A stretch of 64,000 nt of DNA, taken from NCBI GenBank assembly GCA_043824495.1, contig JBDRSV010000015.1, forward strand, positions 32,979 through 96,978. Reading direction: 5' to 3'. The notes beneath the pieces were generated by a model that saw only the letters and a list, made by a program, of their open reading frames with translations, was not told where the DNA came from and did not search any database. Each line of letters starts with the position of its first letter. Position 1 is the first letter of the stretch. This document shows positions 28,337 through 37,177 of the stretch, one piece after another. Both the position numbers and the translations under genes were made by a program. Origin of the DNA: Candidatus Aenigmatarchaeota archaeon. GTDB taxonomy: Archaea > Aenigmatarchaeota > Aenigmatarchaeia > QMZP01.

Positions 28337-29593
28337 ATGGCATCTTTCTCAGGTATTCACGACTACGACAAGAAGCTAATCAGTATCATGCAAAGGCTTG
28401 AAAATTCTTCAATTTCTAATAGAAACAAGAAACTGATAAAAGATTTTGATCGAGCTTGTATTCTAGAGAAGTTAACCGTTGCTAGAAGAGTTAAGTTGAT
28501 CTCGACCCTTGTTCTGATTGGTGAAAGATACATAAAGAAAGACTTTGACAAAGCCAAGACTGAGGATATGAAAAAAGCTTATGTTAAAATAGAGAGCAAC
28601 AAAGACTTCTCGGTATGGACAAAACACGACTATGCATCTGTTATGAAAAAATTCTGGAAATGGATAGCGTACGGTGATGATTATTTCATGGCATCCAAAA
28701 ACGATGTTCCTGAAACAGTTCGTTGGATTAGAGTACACATAAAGAAAAAAGATCAGCCAAAGATAGAAGCTTCTGATATTCTCACAGAAGAAGAAGTTTT
28801 CACTCTTATAGAAGCTGCAGCTACACCGAGAGATAAAGCTTTCATTTCTACACTATATGAGACGGGTGCAAGAATAAGCGAGATAGGGAACATGAAAATT
28901 GGAGATGTAACAAAACAAAAATATGGTTATCTTCTTGATGTAAAAGGAAAAACGGGTGCAAGAACACCCATAATAATAAATGCGGCTCCTTATCTTAGAT
29001 CATGGATAAATATGCATCCGCTTAGAGATAATCCAAAGTCGGCTTTGTGGATAAATACGGATAAGGGAAAGAACAACGCACTGGGTTACAGCTCTCTTAG
29101 AACAATTGTAAACAGGCTCAAAGAGAAAGCTAAGATAAAGAAACGTATACATCCTCATCTTTTTCGTCATTCTCGAGTGACCCATGTCCTAGTTAGAGGA
29201 TTATTAACATCATCTCAAGCAGAGATTTATTTCGGATGGGTTCCAGGAACAAGTATGTTGGAGCAATACAGTCATCTTGTAAGCAAGAACGCCAATGATG
29301 CTATGCTTGAATCTCTTGGATTGAAATCAAAAGAAGAATCAAAAATAACATCTCATAAATGTGCTTTTTGTGAGACCATAAATAACAATTCTGCAAGATT
29401 CTGTGAAAGCTGCGGAAACCCTCTAAACATAACATCAGCAGTTGAGCTGAGGGAAAGCCAAGATCTGGAGAAGCTGAAAGTGATAGGTGACATCCTTGAT
29501 ATCATGATCCAGAATGTAAACCAGACAAATAATATCACACCACAGAAGAAAAAGCAGTTGATAGAGGCTGTTGAGAAGATTAGAAGTAACTGA
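28337..29593 (+). CDS. Tyrosine recombinase/integrase with C-terminal Zn-ribbon
   Basis: Catalytic set intact: R (ETGARISE), K (KGKTG), HxxR (HLFRHSR), W (FGW), Y (EQYSH); CAFC...CESC ribbon. Confidence 0.93.
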   Translation: MASFSGIHDYDKKLISIMQRLENSSISNRNKKLIKDFDRACILEKLTVARRVKLISTLVLIGERYIKKDFDKAKTEDMKKAYVKIESNKDFSVWTKHDYASVMKKFWKWIAYGDDYFMASKNDVPETVRWIRVHIKKKDQPKIEASDILTEEEVFTLIEAAATPRDKAFISTLYETGARISEIGNMKIGDVTKQKYGYLLDVKGKTGARTPIIINAAPYLRSWINMHPLRDNPKSALWINTDKGKNNALGYSSLRTIVNRLKEKAKIKKRIHPHLFRHSRVTHVLVRGLLTSSQAEIYFGWVPGTSMLEQYSHLVSKNANDAMLESLGLKSKEESKITSHKCAFCETINNNSARFCESCGNPLNITSAVELRESQDLEKLKVIGDILDIMIQNVNQTNNITPQKKKQLIEAVEKIRSN

Positions 29594-29610
29594 TTGAAAT
29601 GAAATCATCA

Positions 29611-30417
29611 TCAGATTTTATTTTTTTCATTCTTGTTCCATATACTTTTAAAAAATTTTATTGCCTCTCCGACGATGACAGGATTTTCTGAAAGTACTCC
29701 GGCTTCAAGATTATTGTGCATACTATGAGTATCTAGATTGCCCGAACCTATAATAACTTTTGACTCGTCAATTATTATAATCCTTGCATGTATTGTTTTA
29801 TCAAATTTTAAGTTTGCCCTAAAAGCATTTTTTAGATCACGAATTACATCTTCATGATATTTTTCATTGCCCTTTGGTCTGGTTATTATTCTAACAGTGC
29901 ACACACCTTCCAGTGATAGAACATCCCTTGAAAAAATGTGGTCCCAAAATGCATTACAAATATAAAGAGATTTTTTTGCATTTTTTATTTGGCTTCTCAC
30001 TTCTTTTTCGTAGATTTTATCGTCAGGAGTTGTTTTTAAGAAAGAACAAATATCCTTTTCATTCATAGCGTTCTTATAATTTTGTATTACATCATTCTGA
30101 GTCTTCTTTTCCTTTTCTAGTTTCTTTATTTTTTTCTTCATTTTGTCAATTATGTTTTCTTGTTCCCAGTTACTTTTTATTAGAAGAGCATCCCTTTTGG
30201 ATCCAGGTGAACTAGAATGTCTCATAAACAAGAAGGCTGAAGTTGTCATAAGAAAAGCAAATGTAATTATAGACAATATTGCATAGAATGTCAAGTTGTT
30301 GTCAAAAAAGCTGAAGTTTGTATAGCTCCTAAAAGATAAGGAAAGGAAAAAGAATATATAGACAACGATTATTAGAGGTATCAATCTTATTGTAGAATTT
30401 AAGGCATTCTCTTTCAT
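29611..30417 (-). CDS. 2-TM, coiled-coil and single phospholipase D-like domain (HxR variant)
   Basis: HARIIIIDESKVIIGSGNLD...NLEAG; canonical HxK is replaced by HxR. Confidence 0.8.
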   Translation of the reverse strand: MKENALNSTIRLIPLIIVVYIFFFLSLSFRSYTNFSFFDNNLTFYAILSIITFAFLMTTSAFLFMRHSSSPGSKRDALLIKSNWEQENIIDKMKKKIKKLEKEKKTQNDVIQNYKNAMNEKDICSFLKTTPDDKIYEKEVRSQIKNAKKSLYICNAFWDHIFSRDVLSLEGVCTVRIITRPKGNEKYHEDVIRDLKNAFRANLKFDKTIHARIIIIDESKVIIGSGNLDTHSMHNNLEAGVLSENPVIVGEAIKFFKSIWNKNEKNKI

Positions 30418-30567
30418 CTATTTCCCCCCATAACCTACAAGAAAGAGGATAAGACCTAGAGTAAAAATGATCGAGCCTAGAATGGCATCACCTAAAACTG
30501 CAATAAAGCCTAGCGTCAAGAACATTCCAGAAATTGTCAGAATAGCAGAGTGTATTGCCCATTTCAT
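30418..30567 (-). CDS. 49-aa two-TM protein (absent from the ORF track)
   Basis: Hand translation MKWAIHSAILTISGMFLTLGFIAVLGDAILGSIIFTLGLILFLVGYGGK*; its stop abuts the ATG of the PLD gene. Confidence 0.6.
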   Translation of the reverse strand: MKWAIHSAILTISGMFLTLGFIAVLGDAILGSIIFTLGLILFLVGYGGK

Positions 30568-30730
30568 AATTATAAAAGTATATAATCCTTAAAAAGTTGT
30601 TTCTCTCACTCTTCTTATATTATATATAAATCTAATGAAGAAATATCTCTTCTCTCTCTCATTTCTAATAGAGAGAGAAAAATAAAACAAAAGAAAGAAA
30701 GTTGTATGTACACTCAAGAGAGTGTGAGTA

Positions 30731-30970
30731 TTACTTCTTTCTTTTTATAATTCTCTTCTTTATTTCTATAAAATCTGCATCCTCAAAAACCTGTATATAC
30801 CCCAATGCAGTTTTATAAGTCACTCCGTACTGTCTTATTATTATTGAAATAACACTACGTAACTGTACCTCACTATCCTTTTCTGTCAACGATTCTAGGA
30901 GTTTTTCTACAAATTTTAATCTTTTTTTTCTCTCTTCTAAAAAAGGATTATCCTTTTCCATATTCTTCAC
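30731..30970 (-). CDS. Small winged-helix-like protein
   Basis: 79 aa; IIRQYGVTYKTALGYIQVFEDADFI pattern; SD AGGTGA upstream. Confidence 0.5.
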   Translation of the reverse strand: MKNMEKDNPFLEERKKRLKFVEKLLESLTEKDSEVQLRSVISIIIRQYGVTYKTALGYIQVFEDADFIEIKKRIIKRKK

Positions 30971-31278
30971 CTCTTAATAAATCAATTATGCGGAGAACCT
31001 TCTCCCAATTCTCCTTAAATTGTACGAGTATTTCTTCAGTTTCTTCAGCTTTCGAAAGCATAGAAATATGGCGGGATCAAGAAAAACCTAAGTGTATATG
31101 GATTTCAATGTGTGTTATAGAATTAACTAGACTTAACCCGCTGTCCTCGTATTTACGCGTCCTGAGAGTAGATCCTTACTATCAATAAATGACCCTCGCT
31201 TCTTTCCCATTGTCATTCTCTGACAACTCTTCTTCAAATAGTTTTCTGTTTCTCTTTTCATACTATCTAACTATAGAT

Positions 31279-31301
31279 CGTAAGAGTTATTTATTGACGT
31301 A
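31279..31301 (-). promoter_or_regulatory. Element-specific repeated upstream motif, copy 1
   Basis: CGTAAGAGTTAT-N5-GACGTA on the + strand; the same motif is at 31889-31911. Confidence 0.5.
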
Positions 31302-31431
31302 GGGTGAGAGGAAGAGTTATATATACTTTTTTTTATTTTTTCCAAAACATCAAAGTGAATGAAGAGGCACTGCTTATGCCCCCTCCAGCATGCAGCAAGC
31401 AAATAAAATTAACCTTACTTAAAAACAAGAA

Positions 31432-31875
31432 CTACAAATCGAGAGCCCTCTTGATGTTGTAGTCAATCATGTTCTTGTTTTCTGTGTTCTTATTCAAATC
31501 CATGTATATCCTATGCGTCTGACTCAATATGCCACTTATGAGAGATACGTCCTTCACCGTGAGCTTCCTGAAATCCAATGTACCCATATACTCATCTAGC
31601 ATATTGTAGCCCTTCTCTAGTATGTTGAGCATATGAACATCCATCTTCAATTTACTACGTATCTTCCTTTCTACGTCTTTATTGTAAGAACTTAGCTCGA
31701 AGAAGAAGAGCTTCTTCCTTATCTGGCTGATATAACCACTCGTGATTTCTATGTTATACCTCTGATTAACAGCTTCTATGACCTCTTTATTGGTCTTATT
31801 CTCCTTCAGAAGCTGAATTATGGTGTTTCTCTGTGTTATGCCAAGTTTATAGTTTTTCTTAGATTCGGGAGCCAT
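31432..31875 (-). CDS. HTH-containing helical protein (possibly terminase small subunit-like)
   Basis: N-terminal HTH-like TNKEVIEAVNQRYNIEITSGYISQIRKK followed by helical segments. Confidence 0.5.
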   Translation of the reverse strand: MAPESKKNYKLGITQRNTIIQLLKENKTNKEVIEAVNQRYNIEITSGYISQIRKKLFFFELSSYNKDVERKIRSKLKMDVHMLNILEKGYNMLDEYMGTLDFRKLTVKDVSLISGILSQTHRIYMDLNKNTENKNMIDYNIKRALDL

Positions 31876-31888
31876 GATTTAGATATAG

Positions 31889-31911
31889 CGTAAGAGTTAT
31901 ATGAAGACGTA
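31889..31911 (-). promoter_or_regulatory. Element-specific repeated upstream motif, copy 2
   Basis: CGTAAGAGTTAT-N5-GACGTA, 13 nt upstream of the ATG of 31432-31875. Confidence 0.5.
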
Positions 31912-31940
31912 CGGCTCTATGTAGGTTTAGAAATAATCAT

Positions 31941-32522
31941 CTATTCCAGATTCCAAGAAACCAACTGATTTCCTATGAACATATTCCCGAAGTCATAAAG
32001 GAGTTTTAATCCTTCAGCATCGTCAGGAACTTCAAATAGGATTTTTCCGCGTATCTTCTGGTTTTGGTAGAGTTCTTTAAATAGGTCAAGACCATCGTCG
32101 CCGAGATAGAGAGCTTCAACATCGTAACTATATCCTTCGCTATCCGTCATACTGAAATCTGATACTCCAACTAAAGCACTATCGGAACCCACGTTCTTGA
32201 TTTCTGCATCAACCAGGATGAACGTCTTTCCTTGTTTAGCGTCCTGTGTCATAGTTTCTTGAAAAATATCTGAATAATATTCATAGAAAGTGTTTTTTTC
32301 AGCAGAGAATACCGTGACCTCAAGTTTTGATGTTGTTGCTGTTTCACCTATATTTAATTCTAATTCTGTGGGTGTTTCTGGTTGTGTTGCCTCTTGTTGA
32401 GTATTTGGTTGTGCAGTTTGGTCTGGTGTAGGTGTTTGTGTTACTGGTTCTTGGGATGTGCATCCTGAAACTATGATTACAGCTACAACAATGAACAACA
32501 ATGTCATTCCGCTAGCATTCAT
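31941..32522 (-). CDS. DUF4352-like lipoprotein
   Basis: Lipobox IVSGC, Pro/Gln/Thr linker, LNIGETA...VDAEIKN...DSEGYSY...GKILFEVP. Confidence 0.8.
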   Translation of the reverse strand: MNASGMTLLFIVVAVIIVSGCTSQEPVTQTPTPDQTAQPNTQQEATQPETPTELELNIGETATTSKLEVTVFSAEKNTFYEYYSDIFQETMTQDAKQGKTFILVDAEIKNVGSDSALVGVSDFSMTDSEGYSYDVEALYLGDDGLDLFKELYQNQKIRGKILFEVPDDAEGLKLLYDFGNMFIGNQLVSWNLE

Positions 32523-32613
32523 AATATTCTTTTAGTGGAAGAATTTATAAATGTTCCTGATATGTTCTCTATTTGTTCGTTAATGTAAGTTCATAGTTCT
32601 TTAATTGAAATTC

Positions 32614-32874
32614 ATGGATGTTGAGGACTACAGTTTTGTAATGAGTGGGAGCTTCAGAAGAAAAGTGTTTATGGAACTTAAACACAGAAGAACTCTATCA
32701 CAACTAGCCAAAACCATCAAAGCTAGCACCACTCAAGTCTCTAGAGCATTGAAGCAGCTTGAACAAAGAGGTCTGGTAGAGTGTTTAAGTCCAAATTCTC
32801 GAATGGGTAAAATATATAATCTAACTAAAAAGGGCAGAGCTCTTCTAGTAGAAATAGAAAAGGATTCTCACTGA
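32614..32874 (+). CDS. Winged-HTH transcriptional regulator (ArsR/MarR-like)
   Basis: TLSQLAK...QVSRALKQLEQRGLVEC...GKIYNLT. Confidence 0.8.
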   Translation: MDVEDYSFVMSGSFRRKVFMELKHRRTLSQLAKTIKASTTQVSRALKQLEQRGLVECLSPNSRMGKIYNLTKKGRALLVEIEKDSH

Positions 32875-32889
32875 ATTCGACTTATTTAG

Positions 32890-33213
32890 TCAAACCAGTC
32901 TCCAATAAGCCACTTTCCGAGCTGTCATCTTTCTAACCTTCTTGTAACTCACTAGAGCTTTCATTCTATGAAGTATCATTGAAGTGGGCAATCCTGTCAA
33001 TTCACTTATAGTATTTGTGCCTATTGGACGGTTTATCATCTTCAGTAGTTCCATTATATCCCTCTCATGATACCAGTCGTCATCAGGTTCTGTTATTTTT
33101 TCTGCTCGTATCTTATCTTTCTCTTCTGGAGTCATGTTGTTTATTCTTCGCTGAGCCTCTTTCTCAACTTCCTGAGCTATTTGAAGAAGAAGTTGAAGTA
33201 ATGATTTAGTCAT
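32890..33213 (-). CDS. Winged-HTH protein
   Basis: PIGTNTISELTGLPTSMILHRMKAL...KVAYWRL. Confidence 0.65.
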   Translation of the reverse strand: MTKSLLQLLLQIAQEVEKEAQRRINNMTPEEKDKIRAEKITEPDDDWYHERDIMELLKMINRPIGTNTISELTGLPTSMILHRMKALVSYKKVRKMTARKVAYWRLV

Positions 33214-33272
33214 GATTACAATTGGATTTGTGCTTAAAAATGCTTTTAAGTCTTTTGATTAAAATTTAAGAT

Positions 33273-34601
33273 ATGCATAAATTCCTACTCGTTGGAATAT
33301 TGGCAATAATTGTTATTGTTTCAGGTTGCACTAATCCTATTGACGACAATGACAAAATAACAGGCAATATAATAAATGAACAACCCATCACAGATGAAAA
33401 ACAAACCTACGTTTATGACGTAACGTTTGAGGCTACTATTACAGCTTGGAATGATATTTTAAACACTCCAATAGAAAATGTAAATGTATTCATGGATGAT
33501 GTATTAAGTTGTACTACTGATTCTAAGGGTTTTTGTTCAACAGTTGTAGAAGCTGGTAAAGTAGAAATTAAACTGCAAGGAAACGGTGTAGATGTTACTC
33601 AAATTAAATCGGTCTCTGAAACCAACAAAGACTTTATATTTAATCTAGAGAGAAAATTTGATATCATTATTAGTGTTACTGATGAATACACAAATAATCC
33701 CGTAGAAGAAGCAAAAGTTTATTTAGATGGTGCCTTTGAGCTGTTCACCTCTTATAACGGTGAAGCTGTTATTAAAGACGTTGTAGAAGGAGATCATATA
33801 ATCAGAGCTGAATATAAACAGGATTCTAAAGACAGGAATGTTCAAATTACTTCTGATGAGAAGAAATTCTCGTTAACGTTGATTGTGCCCAAGACGATTA
33901 CAATAAAGATCATAGATAGTGAAACAGGAGAATCAGTTGATGGTGAAGAGGTCTATTTGGACGGTCAATACAAAGGAACCACTATCCAGACAGGTGAAGT
34001 AATTATCGAAGATATCGTTCCAGAAAATTACATAGTTAGTTTGGATAGGGTAACGACACTACCAAGCGTAACTCTTCCAGTGGTGGGTATGGAGAATTAT
34101 TATACAGTAAATGTTGACATGCCTAATCCTAGTTTTCTTGTAGATTTGAGTTGTGATGAAAGCGGTGGAGCATGCAGCATAAGTGATTGGGTTTCAGGCA
34201 TCTGTAAAGTTGGTGTTACAAATATAGGTCAAGTGGAATCTCAATCCACAGTAGTTCTTTTAATGATTTATACTATAGAAGACGATGAATTATCTCTGCA
34301 TCCTATAGCTAGTAAAACATTGAATTTTGGAGACGTTTCAGCAGGAGAATCATCAGATCTCTTATCAACAGAAAATATATGTGAATTTACATGGGGTATA
34401 CAGGAAGATGCTGTTGCTATAATCTTTGACAGGAATAAATATGTACCAGAAAATCGAAACGTAATTCAAGAAATTACTGCTCCAAAAAGTTTAATAAATA
34501 GATGGATTGATGATGCTAAATCATTATGTTCAGAAGATCTGGAGAGGTGTGGTAAAATTGCTGGTATAGTTGTAGGTAATGCAATAAAGGTTCTTATATA
34601 A
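33273..34601 (+). CDS. Lipoprotein with repeated PEGA/carboxypeptidase-regulatory-like beta domains
   Basis: Lipobox IVSGC; three repeats of PIENVNVFMD, PVEEAKVYLDG and SVDGEEVYLDG. Confidence 0.7.
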   Translation: MHKFLLVGILAIIVIVSGCTNPIDDNDKITGNIINEQPITDEKQTYVYDVTFEATITAWNDILNTPIENVNVFMDDVLSCTTDSKGFCSTVVEAGKVEIKLQGNGVDVTQIKSVSETNKDFIFNLERKFDIIISVTDEYTNNPVEEAKVYLDGAFELFTSYNGEAVIKDVVEGDHIIRAEYKQDSKDRNVQITSDEKKFSLTLIVPKTITIKIIDSETGESVDGEEVYLDGQYKGTTIQTGEVIIEDIVPENYIVSLDRVTTLPSVTLPVVGMENYYTVNVDMPNPSFLVDLSCDESGGACSISDWVSGICKVGVTNIGQVESQSTVVLLMIYTIEDDELSLHPIASKTLNFGDVSAGESSDLLSTENICEFTWGIQEDAVAIIFDRNKYVPENRNVIQEITAPKSLINRWIDDAKSLCSEDLERCGKIAGIVVGNAIKVLI

Positions 34602-34608
34602 GGAAATT

Positions 34609-35412
34609 ATGCCATCTAAAAAATCTATAGATTCTGGAATTCTACTTCAGACATCAATACTCATACTTTCATTTTCGTTAGCAATATTTGGTCTATCTGA
34701 AGCCCTTGGTTTAATAGATGTCCAATTATCCATGATTTTCTTTATAATTGTATTACCTTTCTTAATTACTACACTTTGTATATCTTTAGCAAATATTAGA
34801 GAATCAGAGAGACTTTTTAGTTTGAGTAACTATTTTTTCTTTGGATCACTACTTTTGATGACTGTAAGTTTTGTTTTAATGTTTTCAATAAGTCTATTAC
34901 CCCCAATAGAACTGCCCGATCTGAATTTCCTTCTGCCTTTGGTGCTCATAGTCGTGTTTTTCCTATTAGGAATTTTGAATATAATGGGAGAAAAATTTTA
35001 TATTGATTTTAAAAATTCAATAAGAAAGGGATTATATCTTCTGTTAAAAAGAATAGAAGAATCAAAAGAAATGCCACATAGGCTTCTGATAATATTTGAT
35101 GATATAGTATTTGCAGATATGTTGAGCCCATTTGACAAAAAGAAAATTCCACTATTTTCAGAATGGAGTAGAACAATACATCACCACAACAAAATTAACG
35201 ATCTTTATTTAAAAAACGAGAAATTAATATTAATATCTCAAAATCCAGACGTAGAGCCCATAATTAAAATAGCAAAAGAACGGAAGAATAAGATTCTTGG
35301 TTTATTGATAGCAGATATTCCAGAGATTGAAAGGAAAAGATTAGAAGAAAAATATAATATACCAGTAGAAATATTTATTACAGACAAACACTCAAAAAGA
35401 AGAGATTCTTAG
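34609..35412 (+). CDS. Membrane protein (about 4 TM plus cytoplasmic C-domain)
   Basis: Four hydrophobic N-terminal helices; no family recognised. Confidence 0.6.
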   Translation: MPSKKSIDSGILLQTSILILSFSLAIFGLSEALGLIDVQLSMIFFIIVLPFLITTLCISLANIRESERLFSLSNYFFFGSLLLMTVSFVLMFSISLLPPIELPDLNFLLPLVLIVVFFLLGILNIMGEKFYIDFKNSIRKGLYLLLKRIEESKEMPHRLLIIFDDIVFADMLSPFDKKKIPLFSEWSRTIHHHNKINDLYLKNEKLILISQNPDVEPIIKIAKERKNKILGLLIADIPEIERKRLEEKYNIPVEIFITDKHSKRRDS

Positions 35413-35569
35413 CTTTAGTTATATTCCAACCTAATAATTGGAATTGGTGTAAGCTCCGTATATGGACAATCCGTATAAGTATACTGTTCTATATAGAAAT
35501 AAATGGATAATTGAGACACAGAGCCTAACAGAGGCGTTATGGTGGGCTTTGCTCAAAGTGGACATCTCT

Positions 35570-35579
35570 CTCCCGGGGC
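35570..35579 (+). repeat. att-like core, copy 2 (CTCCCGGGGC)
   Basis: Exact match to 28269-28278. Confidence 0.7.
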
Positions 35580-35720
35580 TTTTCTGATTTCTATGTGTCG
35601 CATGTTATCGATTAAGTTTTTATAATGAAAGCTCCACTAGGGAATGGCATTTCAATTGCCAGTTAGCAGGAAATAATTTTGTTGTGAGAAAGATTTTAAT
35701 AATAAATACAAAGGTAAATA

Positions 35721-36380
35721 ATGACACTAGAATACTCCAAAGTTATAAATACAGTAATTGAGAGGTTGAGAAATGCACATAATTTATCAATTGCAAAAAT
35801 AAGAGGACGTTTCTTTCAGATGGAATGCAATTTTTTCCAAAAACATATAACCAATAAGAAGGTTCTTGTAGCTGGATCAGGATTAGGTCATGATTCATTT
35901 GAACTAGCAAAATATAACAAAGAAGTTGTGGGAATTGAAATAATAGAAAAATATGTTAAAATATCCAGAGAAGAAGCTGAAAAAAGAGATTTGAATAATA
36001 TAGTGTTCAAAAAAGGAGATTTTACAGAATTAGAGTATTCTGATAATTATTTTGATGCAGCTGTTCTGAATATGGGCACTATATCCAATTTTGATGATAA
36101 ATCAAAAGTAATTAAGGAGCTTCTGAGAGTTTCCAAAAAAGTTTATGTTGATTTCTATCCTCCTACTGAAAATGGATTGAAAAAGAGACAAAAGATGTAT
36201 GAGGAAGAGAAATGGATAAATGTAAGAATTGAAGGTACCAAAATTGTAAGTGATGATGGTCTCGATTCAATATCTATATCCAAAGACGAAATGTTAAAAA
36301 TAATACAATCGATTGGAGGAAAGGTCACATTCCATGAAATATGCGATTTCGCTTTATTGGCTGAGATAGAAGATTTTTAA
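35721..36380 (+). CDS. Class I SAM-dependent methyltransferase
   Basis: KVLVAGSGLG, VGIEI, GDFTEL and YFDAA motifs; lies between att-like copies 2 and 3. Confidence 0.85.
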   Translation: MTLEYSKVINTVIERLRNAHNLSIAKIRGRFFQMECNFFQKHITNKKVLVAGSGLGHDSFELAKYNKEVVGIEIIEKYVKISREEAEKRDLNNIVFKKGDFTELEYSDNYFDAAVLNMGTISNFDDKSKVIKELLRVSKKVYVDFYPPTENGLKKRQKMYEEEKWINVRIEGTKIVSDDGLDSISISKDEMLKIIQSIGGKVTFHEICDFALLAEIEDF

Positions 36381-36438
36381 CATCTAAGACCAAATATAAT
36401 CAGAATTCTCCAGTAAGTGGTAATTCAGTTTCTAGGCA

Positions 36439-36448
36439 CTCCCGGGGC
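36439..36448 (+). repeat. att-like core, copy 3 (CTCCCGGGGC)
   Basis: Exact match; shares an 11th base (T) with copy 2. Confidence 0.65.
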
Positions 36449-36618
36449 TCTCTTATAAATTATCCGAAAAGTATAGGGCTTTCAGCCTGATTCCTTGTTA
36501 TATACTACTATTAGCAGCAGTATTTTTAATTGTTTCATGTTTAAGGTGAAGTTGGAAGAAATCAGGAGTTAAGTTAATATCACATTTTTTTGAATGTACC
36601 GAAATCTTTATAAGGATA

Positions 36619-36657
36619 AAGAATATATATTCATTATAGATATGAATATATATCCAA
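36619..36657. promoter_or_regulatory. Tandem palindromic operator between TATA box and SD of the DUF5320-ferritin-DUF134 operon
   Basis: Two near-copies of the palindrome ATGAATATATATTCAT (36619-36634 and 36642-36657); TTTATAA at 36607; SD GGAGGTGA at 36661. Confidence 0.6.
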
Positions 36658-36671
36658 AATGGAGGTGAAAA

Positions 36672-36914
36672 ATGCCAGGATTTGATAGAACAGGACCAAG
36701 AGGTTATGGAGCCACGTCAGGAAGAGGAATGGGACCTTGTGGAAGAGGTATGAGATATTGCAGAGGTTTCGGACGCGGAAGAGGATTTAGTTTCAGATAT
36801 ACTGAACCTGCTGAACTAACAAAAGAAGAACAAAAGAAAATAATTGAAGCAGAACTAAAAGACATAGAAGCAGAAAAACAGGAAATAGAAAAACAATTAA
36901 AAAATTATAGGTAG
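36672..36914 (+). CDS. DUF5320 family protein
   Basis: MPGFDRTGPRGYGATSGRGMGPC plus a C-terminal coiled coil. Confidence 0.85.
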   Translation: MPGFDRTGPRGYGATSGRGMGPCGRGMRYCRGFGRGRGFSFRYTEPAELTKEEQKKIIEAELKDIEAEKQEIEKQLKNYR

Positions 36915-36922
36915 GTGAAAGA

Positions 36923-37177
36923 ATGACACATAAACATGAAGATAGAGAAAATTTGACTGATGAAACCAAAGACTTGGAAAGGGCAAGACTATCATTAATC
37001 GAAGAATTGGAAGCAATAAATTGGTATCAGGAAAGAATAGAAAATGTCAAAAATTCTTCTTTGAAGAAAATACTGGAACATAATAGAGACGAAGAAAAAG
37101 AGCATACGGCAATGTTAATTGAATGGATTAGAAAAAACGACGCTGAACAAGAAAAAGTATTTAGAGAGCATGATTGA
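36923..37177 (+). CDS. Encapsulated-ferritin-like (EncFtn/Flp) small ferritin
   Basis: EELEAINWYQER...HNRDEEKEH...EWIRK ferroxidase pattern. Confidence 0.85.
   Translation: MTHKHEDRENLTDETKDLERARLSLIEELEAINWYQERIENVKNSSLKKILEHNRDEEKEHTAMLIEWIRKNDAEQEKVFREHD

Larger units (their letters stand above)
28269..35579. mobile_element. Integrative element or defective provirus inserted just downstream of uL16
   Basis: Bounded by the direct repeat CTCCCGGGGC, with the integrase at the left end. Internal 10-bp inverted repeats lie near both ends (28288-28297 and 35548-35557). Cargo is small HTH, lipoprotein and membrane genes. Confidence 0.75.

Noticed and set aside
31133-31261. 42-aa minus-strand ORF behind the repeated motif
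   Set aside because: Short, with no motif or SD; coding status cannot be supported.
35462-35587. 41-aa ORF (MDNPYKYTVLY...) overlapping att-like copy 2
   Set aside because: Short and crosses the putative element boundary; no supporting motif.
36460-36560. Hydrophobic fragments that might be a decayed transporter C-terminus
   Set aside because: Broken by stops and frameshifts; too short to assign.
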